NCBI GenBank assembly: GCA_964508895.1
Contig: CAZDWF010000002.1
Span: 2,645-66,644 of the forward strand
Direction of reading: 5' to 3'
Source of the DNA: an uncultured Bacteroidales bacterium
GTDB taxonomy: Bacteria; Bacteroidota; Bacteroidia; Bacteroidales; B18-G4
DNA length: 64,000 nucleotides
Shown here one piece after another: positions 56,119 through 64,000 of this stretch. How positions within the stretch are numbered: position 1 is the first letter of the stretch; each line of letters starts with the position of its first letter. The notes under the pieces are model-generated. The model did no database searches, was not told where the DNA came from, and was given only the letters and a program-made list of their open reading frames with translations. The translations under genes were made by a program, and so were the position numbers.

Positions 56119-59100
56119 TTAATAATAAAGTACTTCATCTTCCACAAATAATCTTTCATTATTTGGGGTTGTGTTTGATAAGGGACTAATGCTATGCAAA
56201 TTTCTAAGATTTGATGATCCATTCATCAGATTGTAACGATAAATAGTTCGACCTGCAGAAATTACATCAAAATACCCTATATTAAGTTCTCTTGCCGCAT
56301 TAAAATCATCAGATGATGCTAATCTATAACCGTTTACTGGATGCGTATGAGCCGTCCCTTTTAATGAGTAACCTAATTTGATGTATTTATCCGGAACTGA
56401 TCCTCGCCAGATAACTTTATCTACGTCTCGATGCTTTGATAATTTATCTACAATCCAAAGGTCTTTTTTCGTTATGCGGTGTTGAAAATGATATACTCCA
56501 TATTCATGCCCATCTTTCTCATATAACTTATAAGCTTTAGCGTATGCTTCCTCTTGAGTTGAGTAATCTAAAAGAGTTTTCTCCTGAGGAATATTGTAAC
56601 CCATGCCAGGTGTTTTCACCCAATGATATGCATCTAACACTTCCCCAATGTCAAAGTTATTATTATCACCTTCTTCAACAGCCGCTCTGACGGATTCGTA
56701 GTGAGCCCATGCCTCCAAAGCCATTTCATCATGACTATGGAATGTTCCATCTGCAGAAACAAAACCTCCTTTCGAACCGTATGAAGCCCCTTCCCATGAA
56801 TCAAATAAAGCTATATATCCAGGTGGAGGTGCGGGTAATATTCCAAAAATAGTATACTGAACACTGAAATATCCATTTGGATCTCCCGGTGTTCCATTAA
56901 TTTTATCATTTAGCCATTCTGTACCTCCTGAAAGTAATCTGGCAGGTATGCTTACGGAGTTTAAAAACATTCTGATACCTGTCTCCAGTGCGTCAATAAA
57001 GTTATAACCTGAGGGATCGGTATATTTCAAGGGATTATTTAAGCAATAACTGTAGCTATTATGGTTCTGAGTATTCCCAAAATCTTGCATAAATGGATCA
57101 GGGCTCAGAAAACGTGCTACTACCGGATCGAATACTCTACCGTTCATATTAATCAACTTAAAATCAAATAAATGCTCATGCATAGTATACCCACGATCAT
57201 ACATGGTATTATTCGGGGCATTGTCGTAGGTCCAAGTATTAGGATTTCGTAAGCGACCCCACGCATCAAAGTTTACTTCCTCAAGAACATTTCCATCATC
57301 ATCAAGTACAACATTGATATTACCGAGGTAATCTTTCAATATATAATTTATTTCTTTCTTTCCTTCATTGTCAATGGTCAGAATCCCAAAAACTCCACTT
57401 GGTGATGATAAATAATGTATCTCCTTAGATCTACCATCACTAAATTCTATTTTTTCATATGTGTTTCCGAAATATGTTTTAGTGACTATGTTTCCATCCC
57501 CATGATCAATTACCTGCCTGATTCTGCTATGACTACTTCCGTATGCCATATTCAGTACCTTATTGTTTTGTTCAATTTTCACGATTTTATCAAAGGAAGT
57601 ATAATGTATTAGTTGTTCATCATCCAGGAATGATGAAACAGGATCTGTTATTTTGGTCACAGCATTGGGACCAGCACCATTCTGATCGTATTCATATGTT
57701 CCAACATCATTTTTAGAGCTTATATTACCTATATCGTCATAGTCCTGATGTAATTGTAAGTTGCCATTTACATAACAATGCGTAAGCCTGTCAAAATCAT
57801 CATAATTAAAAGTCTCTTGTATGTTTTTATTATTATCCTTCCTGTAATGCAGATTTCCCATTCCCTGCCAATCAAAGGCCAGGTTTTGTAAATCATTTGC
57901 ACTTGTTTTTCCACTTTGTATGCTAAGAACCCTGAAATTATCTGTCCGGTAAGTCCAGCTTGATTGGATATCAGTTCCGAGAGAGAAATCCTTTATCTTT
58001 CCTATGCTGTTTACTTCATCAGCTTTCCATTCCACTTCGGGATTATCACCTGTTACTTTCCATAAATATCCATAATTGCTATAGTGGTTCTTTAATTCAT
58101 ATCCTGAAGGATATGTGACGGATTTTACTCGGCTATACACATCGTAGCTATTATTTTGTGTCAATACTTCATCATTAATGCTTTTTTCTACTTTTATTAT
58201 CCTACTGAGCTCATCATAATAATATTCTTCTTTTGATGTGGTAATTTCATCATTCGCATCATAAAATTCACAATCAACATAATGAAGTATACCAATACCA
58301 TTTTCCTGTGTATCGTAGGTCCAGTTTGTCATACCGTCCTCTTCAATACGATTTATTATACGTCCCAATTGATCATATTCAAAGTATGTTATAAAACCAC
58401 TTGATTTGGTTTCTGAGATCATTTCTCCAAATGCATTGTACTCATTTACAATAGTACCCCTATTAGGATCTATAAGTTCATCTAAATTCCCAAATTTATC
58501 GTATGAATATTGGATCTTGGTATCCTCATGATCATTTACCCAGGTTTCCTTCAGCAAACCGTTACTGTAATATTTATTTTTAACACTTTCATTATTTGTG
58601 ACATCCTTACTTTCTTTAAGTCTACCGGCAGCATCCAGCACATTGCACTTAATCCGAGTTTCATTGCCATCGACCACTGTTGTAGTAACTTGTTTGATTC
58701 CATAGCTAAAGGTTGTAATTACATCATCAGTGGATGTAATTATTTCTTTCCTTCTCAGATCATCATAAGTAAATGTTTGATAATATGGGTTTTCATCACT
58801 ATAATATGGATTTGAGATTCTCTTAATTAGGCCAATTTTATTATTATCGTAATAGTATTCCTGATCTTTATATATCTTACTGCCATCAAAACCAATGGTA
58901 ACTCCTCTTAATTTATTCCCATATTTATCAAAAAATATAACTTCTTCGGATTGTCCTGAAGTATTTGTCCAGGAGTAGTATGAAGTATTTGTACAGGCAT
59001 CAGGGTGGCTATCAGACCAACGAAGCACATTATGCGTTTCCACTCTATCGGGACCAATGTTTTTTACAACCCTACCAAAACCATCATAGTAAAACTCAGA

Positions 59101-62100
59101 ATCAAGATTATTGACATCTGTTGAAATTTTTATATTCCCAGTATTTGGATAATATTGATATTCAATTGTATGTTCTAATGCATTGCTTTCCGATTCTAAA
59201 AATCTACCATCTGGAGAATATATATAATTGTTCACCCTATCAGCTAAACCTGCTGCAGTAGTCCTAATTTCTTCAATGTTACCATAATCATCATAGATGT
59301 AATTAGTGTGAAATTTTTTCGTTTCTAGTGGCTCTATTGTGGTTTTCTTTAATTGTCCGGTTTCAGGATAGTATTCTTTTTCCGTTAACCTTTCGATAGG
59401 TGATTCATCATATGATGTATGGATTGTTTTTATCTTTTCCTCTAAACTTAATATCCATGTGTCACCTGAAGTTAGGTTTAATAAATCAATCTCCTGATAT
59501 TTATTAACCCATTCTGTACCTAGTTCTTTCTTCGAAATTGAAGTAATCCGCTCTGGAATACCATTTGCATCAAAAAAATACTGTATATCTTGGAAATAGT
59601 AATCCGTTAGCTGGTTATTAAGGTTGTACGTTTCTGTGATGGTTTCATCGGTATAATGAAAATATCGATTGTCTCCAAAATCATGATAAAAATTGGATAA
59701 GGCCCGGCTATTAATAAGCGCTGAGGATGCTGATAACCATTGCTTTATGGCATCTGTTTGTACATGGTAATATGGATTTTCACAGCTATAATAGGTTGTT
59801 GTAGTTGTGCCATCTGAATGATCATTAAATGTAACTTCATCGAATCCAAGAAATCCTTTTCCGAACCTATGATATTTAGCACCAACATATTCGCAAGATG
59901 TATAATAGGTATCACCGCCATTTCCTGTTTCTCTGTCATAACCGGTAACTACATTTAATCCACTATTTATATGACATAATGGGTATTCCACTTCGTACCC
60001 TTTGGAATACGAACTAGTATTATCGTTTTGACAATAATAAATTTCAATAGTTTCACCCAGGCCGTTTATTATGTTGGTTATAATAGGGATGTTGGGAGTA
60101 TATAACAAACAAAATGTTCGATAAGAGCATGATTTAGTACTATGAATATCCATCGTTACAAAATCTGGTAACCCAGAATTATGGACTTCGCACCATATGT
60201 ACCTTAAATTATTTAAGTTAGCAGATCCGATATGAGGCTCTTGAAGCACCAGGGTTTCACCTGGCATAAATGATTTACCATCTGGTTTCGCTAGATAATC
60301 AATTCGTATATATTGATCAGGGTTTGAACCCCCATTTAATATTTTTAGTAATGATAGATCTTTCTTCCGGTCTCCATTAAGATCAACTACAAAAGCCCTG
60401 TAATCTCCAGAAAGAATATTACTTATTGTTTGATTTTGAGAAATCATGAAACCATTGCCATATGAATGATATATCCTGACATTATCCTGCTGATCATAAT
60501 TCATGAGTAAAACATCCGCTTTCGCATCTCCATTGAAATCTCCCGTCAATATTTCAACATTAGTATTTGCAAAAGCTGAAAGGCCATCATACCTGGATAT
60601 TTGTTGATTATCTGATGTGAGTTCAAATACTTTAGATTCACCAGTGGAGATTACTAGTATTTCATCCTTACCTTCACCGTCAAAATCAGCAGTGAAAAAC
60701 TTTTCGGGATAATACCATGGATTTCCCATACCATCAGTAACAATAGTAGATAATGGTTCATTAATCGTACTTAAATAAAAGTGCAATTTCATAAATGAAC
60801 CACCTTCACGATACAACAAACCACAATCCATAATCCCATCACCTGAAAAATCTCCAAGAATAAATTCGGGATCCACATATAGGCTTAAAGGTATAACAAA
60901 TACATTAGGCGTTATTGTAGAGGTAAATGAATTTGTGTTTTTATCATATTCTATATACATTATATTCCCAACAGCCTGGCCTCCTATTTGATATACATAG
61001 AAAATATCCTTTATGGCATCCCCATTAAAATCACCGGTTTGGAATGACATTAATGGATAATAAAATTCGTGATAAAAATCGCTTTCTTGGCTAAAAAAAC
61101 CATTGCCACAATTCATATGGATATAAAACTCATCTTTATAATTACCATTGATTTTTAAATGTATCAGTTCATCTTTACCATCCTGATTAAAATCTGATTC
61201 GAATAAATGTGAAGTTTCATCAATATTTTCATTAAACAATTCGTTTGAATAACTTGTTGGATTATATACAGGAAGATGCCATGTAAAAAATGTTGGATTG
61301 AAAAAGCTACCATCAAAACCAAATTGTTTAACAGATGACAAGTATTTATTATTAAACATATCTAATCCATCATAAGCTAATTCATATCTGCTAATTGTCT
61401 CTTGTGTAGGGATATATTTACAATTAATAGAGGTTAAGCGTTTAGTTACCTTTGAAAAAGCCTCACCTAGCGGTGGGTTATAAAAATATATTTCTGGAGT
61501 ATTAAAATTGTCCTCATAACTAAAATCAATCCTGTAATAAGGTGTTGCCCCTGTGCTAAGATTTCCTGCATAAAACACAGTTTTTGGGCAAACAAAGCCG
61601 TAGTTAGTTTCATTATTATATTCTATGGACATATAATTATTTGAGACATCAATAATCTCATCTAAAAACCAAGCTATTGGTTGAGGATTTGATTGCAATA
61701 TTTGTCTTGAATTCTGCGTTGAACCGTATTTGTATATACTGCCATTACTGTGATATACTACAAAGCCTTCGTCAACTGGAACAATCTTTCTAAAAGATTC
61801 ATTTTCTGTTCGATACTCACTATCGTTTATTTTTATCAGATGCATACCATCTAGAACCAACTCATCTTCATTTGAAAAAACTACCGATTGCGCATTTTCA
61901 TTGTAATAGACTGTGTTTGGATAGCGTGATATAACAGAAAGCCCTCCTAAACTCCATCCTTTTCCCATAATTCCATCTCCACCCTGACTGGAGTAATTTA
62001 GCGATAAACCTGGAGCCATACCATTTGTACCTCCAGGAAATTGAAGAGGTATGCTATAACTGGCTGTTCCATATGCTGAAACACTAAATTCTCCATCAAT

Positions 62101-62382
62101 ACTTCCCACAACTCCACCATTATTGTTATTCGGTGGTCCTCCTGTTGTCCCAACTTCTGGAGGAAAAACCAGATACGGATCAATCTCCGCTAAAACATAA
62201 TTAGAAGTGTTAGGTTCAGACTGAAACCCATTGGACATCAGTATATAATCTCTAGCTAAATATTTTCTTGTTTCATCAGAGGAAATAACTTCATCTAGTA
62301 TATAAGATGGTTGTGGTTCTTGTGCTAAAATCAATAATTGAAGGAATGCTAAGAATAAAATATAGAAAAATCTTGTTCTCAT
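56119..62382 (-). CDS. RHS/YD-repeat polymorphic toxin with SpvB-like N-terminus, FG-GAP/VCBS region and variable C-terminal domain
   Basis: Signal peptide. SpvB/TcB-type block MAPGLSLNYSSQGGDGIMGKGWSLGGLSVISR. FG-GAP units (DFNGDAK.D). Many YD repeats (YDDYGNI, YDKFGNL, YDQLGRI). RHS core end motif NNPLKYTDPSGY, followed by 295 aa. Confidence 0.85.
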   Translation of the reverse strand: MRTRFFYILFLAFLQLLILAQEPQPSYILDEVISSDETRKYLARDYILMSNGFQSEPNTSNYVLAEIDPYLVFPPEVGTTGGPPNNNNGGVVGSIDGEFSVSAYGTASYSIPLQFPGGTNGMAPGLSLNYSSQGGDGIMGKGWSLGGLSVISRYPNTVYYNENAQSVVFSNEDELVLDGMHLIKINDSEYRTENESFRKIVPVDEGFVVYHSNGSIYKYGSTQNSRQILQSNPQPIAWFLDEIIDVSNNYMSIEYNNETNYGFVCPKTVFYAGNLSTGATPYYRIDFSYEDNFNTPEIYFYNPPLGEAFSKVTKRLTSINCKYIPTQETISRYELAYDGLDMFNNKYLSSVKQFGFDGSFFNPTFFTWHLPVYNPTSYSNELFNENIDETSHLFESDFNQDGKDELIHLKINGNYKDEFYIHMNCGNGFFSQESDFYHEFYYPLMSFQTGDFNGDAIKDIFYVYQIGGQAVGNIMYIEYDKNTNSFTSTITPNVFVIPLSLYVDPEFILGDFSGDGIMDCGLLYREGGSFMKLHFYLSTINEPLSTIVTDGMGNPWYYPEKFFTADFDGEGKDEILVISTGESKVFELTSDNQQISRYDGLSAFANTNVEILTGDFNGDAKADVLLMNYDQQDNVRIYHSYGNGFMISQNQTISNILSGDYRAFVVDLNGDRKKDLSLLKILNGGSNPDQYIRIDYLAKPDGKSFMPGETLVLQEPHIGSANLNNLRYIWCEVHNSGLPDFVTMDIHSTKSCSYRTFCLLYTPNIPIITNIINGLGETIEIYYCQNDNTSSYSKGYEVEYPLCHINSGLNVVTGYDRETGNGGDTYYTSCEYVGAKYHRFGKGFLGFDEVTFNDHSDGTTTTTYYSCENPYYHVQTDAIKQWLSASSALINSRALSNFYHDFGDNRYFHYTDETITETYNLNNQLTDYYFQDIQYFFDANGIPERITSISKKELGTEWVNKYQEIDLLNLTSGDTWILSLEEKIKTIHTSYDESPIERLTEKEYYPETGQLKKTTIEPLETKKFHTNYIYDDYGNIEEIRTTAAGLADRVNNYIYSPDGRFLESESNALEHTIEYQYYPNTGNIKISTDVNNLDSEFYYDGFGRVVKNIGPDRVETHNVLRWSDSHPDACTNTSYYSWTNTSGQSEEVIFFDKYGNKLRGVTIGFDGSKIYKDQEYYYDNNKIGLIKRISNPYYSDENPYYQTFTYDDLRRKEIITSTDDVITTFSYGIKQVTTTVVDGNETRIKCNVLDAAGRLKESKDVTNNESVKNKYYSNGLLKETWVNDHEDTKIQYSYDKFGNLDELIDPNRGTIVNEYNAFGEMISETKSSGFITYFEYDQLGRIINRIEEDGMTNWTYDTQENGIGILHYVDCEFYDANDEITTSKEEYYYDELSRIIKVEKSINDEVLTQNNSYDVYSRVKSVTYPSGYELKNHYSNYGYLWKVTGDNPEVEWKADEVNSIGKIKDFSLGTDIQSSWTYRTDNFRVLSIQSGKTSANDLQNLAFDWQGMGNLHYRKDNNKNIQETFNYDDFDRLTHCYVNGNLQLHQDYDDIGNISSKNDVGTYEYDQNGAGPNAVTKITDPVSSFLDDEQLIHYTSFDKIVKIEQNNKVLNMAYGSSHSRIRQVIDHGDGNIVTKTYFGNTYEKIEFSDGRSKEIHYLSSPSGVFGILTIDNEGKKEINYILKDYLGNINVVLDDDGNVLEEVNFDAWGRLRNPNTWTYDNAPNNTMYDRGYTMHEHLFDFKLINMNGRVFDPVVARFLSPDPFMQDFGNTQNHNSYSYCLNNPLKYTDPSGYNFIDALETGIRMFLNSVSIPARLLSGGTEWLNDKINGTPGDPNGYFSVQYTIFGILPAPPPGYIALFDSWEGASYGSKGGFVSADGTFHSHDEMALEAWAHYESVRAAVEEGDNNNFDIGEVLDAYHWVKTPGMGYNIPQEKTLLDYSTQEEAYAKAYKLYEKDGHEYGVYHFQHRITKKDLWIVDKLSKHRDVDKVIWRGSVPDKYIKLGYSLKGTAHTHPVNGYRLASSDDFNAARELNIGYFDVISAGRTIYRYNLMNGSSNLRNLHSISPLSNTTPNNERLFVEDEVLYY

Positions 62383-62410
62383 TAATTTGGTTTTAACGGG
62401 TTTAATCTAA

Positions 62411-62902
62411 TTATCTTTTCACTAGTTTCCAGTAGGAGCTATTATTGCCTATTTTAATAACCATAAGATATGTTGAAGGTGACAAATGGTTTAATTGCAA
62501 TTTGTTCATACTTTTTAAAGGATCCACCGTCAGAAGTTTTACACCTTGTAGATTATAAACATCAAGTAATGCATTGTCTTCAGGTTCAACCCCAGAGCAC
62601 TGCACAGTGACACCTTCAATGAAAGGGTTTGGATATACCATTATGTTACAGTGGCCAATTACTACTTCATTGGTTAAAAAAACCTGATGTTGGCTTGCAT
62701 CAATGGCTGATATGTTATCTTGATTAGTTGTATCAGATATCTCCAACGAATCTGCTATCAATGTTACATAAATGATTTCTCGTAGTATTCGGTTTCCATT
62801 TTCATCATAGGAAAATTTTACAGCTGGATTCTGGGCAACAAATTCAACAGAGACTAGCAAAAATACACACATTAATAGCTGAATAATTAATCGAAATTTC
62901 AT
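62411..62902 (-). CDS. Small secreted protein with one YD-like repeat and a T9SS C-terminal sorting domain
   Basis: Signal peptide. FSYDENGNRI (YD unit). C-terminal VYPNPF...YLMVIKIGNN tail. Confidence 0.6.
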   Translation of the reverse strand: MKFRLIIQLLMCVFLLVSVEFVAQNPAVKFSYDENGNRILREIIYVTLIADSLEISDTTNQDNISAIDASQHQVFLTNEVVIGHCNIMVYPNPFIEGVTVQCSGVEPEDNALLDVYNLQGVKLLTVDPLKSMNKLQLNHLSPSTYLMVIKIGNNSSYWKLVKR

Positions 62903-62912
62903 GCTTCTTGAA

Positions 62913-64000
62913 TTATTTATTATTGTTTTTCAATGCATCGATCTGCTTCTGCTGTTCTATTATATATAGTGTAAGCTCTTCAATCTTTTCCAATAACTTG
63001 GCATTCATTTGCAGTAGATCAACTCCTTCTTCTACTACTTCATCAGCGGAAGGAATACCTGGCAAATGCCCATGGTTCTGAATAAACTTCTCTAATTCTG
63101 AAATAGATTTAAGTTGATAATCCTTATTGAACACATGATCCGACCAGTTCGTTGTTCCGGGTACGGCAACTTTAACTTTTTCTGTTAAAATACCCTGCTC
63201 AACATACAGTTTATAGCCTGAGACTAGATCTGACACATTCCCTACTATTACCCTTTCAGAAGTAATAATATCTTCAGTTGATATAAATTCCCTAGATGTA
63301 GAAACCTTGCTATCCGTAATAGAAAATATAGATAATCCACTTCCTATATGAATATCCAGTATTGGATTATCAGTTATTTCTTGTGCACCAGCTTTTATTA
63401 ATAAACCTTTTCCAAAATTTACATTATTAGATATTTTTGCAGCATAACTATCTGCCACATTACTAACTATCTCTAATTTAGTTGAGGGATCATCTACCCC
63501 CATACCAATATTCCCTTCACTAAACAAATAATTATTTGCTGATTGAAAAATCAACCCTAAATCTGAATGGGCAGTTACTCCATGTTCTTGGGTTCCTAAA
63601 TAAATTGTTGCAGGTGCTCCATCCCACCATATTTCAGGTTCGAGGAATATAGATGCCTCTTCTCCTTGGTCAGCTCGGATATGAAGTTTGGCTATAGGAG
63701 CTAAGACATTACCAATTCCAACTTTACCTGTTTTATCGGATCCAGGGGATTGCCCAATATAAAATGTGGGCTTTGTGCTCAATGTACCTATCATAAAAGA
63801 ATTTGGCTCAGCACCTTCATTTGTGAGTCTATTCATGACATTTGAAGCACCATACCCCATAATAATGGAACCATTTACTACGTTGTCAAGATTTGTTCCT
63901 ATGGAAAAAGTATTAGTCTGCTGGGCAGTATTATAGGTACCTAAAACAATTGATTTAACACCAATTGCCTGAGAATATGTTCCATAACAGAATGATTGCG
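62913..64000 (-). CDS. Fibre-like repeat protein (Hep_Hag/tail-fibre-like head repeats, C-terminal coiled coil); 5' end beyond the window
   Basis: My hand translation stays open upstream of the track Met at 63860 to the window end (...GTYSQAIGVKSIVLGTYNTAQQTNTFSIGTN...). The C-terminal block NWSDHVF.KDY.L.S..ELE.FI..HGHLPGIPSA plus a coiled coil recurs in Bacteroidota fibre-like proteins, from memory. Confidence 0.5.
   Translation of the reverse strand, partial: QSFCYGTYSQAIGVKSIVLGTYNTAQQTNTFSIGTNLDNVVNGSIIMGYGASNVMNRLTNEGAEPNSFMIGTLSTKPTFYIGQSPGSDKTGKVGIGNVLAPIAKLHIRADQGEEASIFLEPEIWWDGAPATIYLGTQEHGVTAHSDLGLIFQSANNYLFSEGNIGMGVDDPSTKLEIVSNVADSYAAKISNNVNFGKGLLIKAGAQEITDNPILDIHIGSGLSIFSITDSKVSTSREFISTEDIITSERVIVGNVSDLVSGYKLYVEQGILTEKVKVAVPGTTNWSDHVFNKDYQLKSISELEKFIQNHGHLPGIPSADEVVEEGVDLLQMNAKLLEKIEELTLYIIEQQKQIDALKNNNK

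Larger units (their letters stand above)
54088..64000. mobile_element. Putative integrated island (partial): tRNA-Lys remnant, integrase, RHS toxin module; far end beyond the window
   Basis: A tRNA 3' fragment lies directly beside an integrase gene. Downstream cargo is a polymorphic-toxin locus. The other boundary was not observed. Confidence 0.45.

Overview
AT-rich, Bacteroidota-type chromosomal segment, judged from T9SS C-terminal sorting domains, a Bacteroidota-style tyrosine integrase and LptD/OstA/MlaD envelope genes. About 44 protein-coding genes are supportable. No rRNA, intact tRNA or CRISPR array was seen.

Gene order:
(i) 1-9.7 kb: tail of a flexirubin/aryl-polyene-like lipid locus. 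It holds an MMPL-acyltransferase-methyltransferase fusion, two CrtI-like oxidoreductases, a C45-like enzyme and a PaaK-like CoA ligase.
(ii) A tandem duplication of 2,616 bp with no differences found (8417-11032 = 11033-13648). It adds a second copy of the ligase and of a secreted 207-aa protein, and leaves a 5'-truncated copy of a beta-rich secreted protein.
(iii) Acyltransferase, alkaline phosphatase lipoprotein, steroid-5-alpha-reductase-like membrane protein.
(iv) A GxxExxY gene cassette flanked by 37-bp inverted repeats.
(v) An archaeal-type gatE-gatD pair.
(vi) Polysaccharide deacetylase, DUF2723-like GT-C protein, gpmA, metallophosphoesterase.
(vii) Four T9SS cargo genes: two FG-GAP and two BNR/Ycf48-like paralogues.
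(viii) mutA-mutB, S46 peptidase, ridA, LptD-like, amidase-SPOR, MlaD, OstA-like, lipid kinase, LtaS-like.
(ix) A four-helix-bundle (IVS-type) gene cassette and an ECF sigma with a membrane partner.
(x) A tRNA-Lys 3' remnant, a frameshifted integrase, and an RHS/SpvB polymorphic toxin with a candidate immunity gene. Upstream lie a small T9SS protein and a fibre-like protein that runs off the window.

The most unusual signal is not a gene. At least 13 intergenic loci carry short degenerate arrays with strict 7-nt periodicity. Many abut or include stop codons. One 27-nt element recurs with two extra heptads. The two small IVS-type gene cassettes are flanked by repeats built from the same heptad logic. 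The other findings worth follow-up are the duplication junction, GatDE in a bacterial context, and the RHS C-terminal domain.
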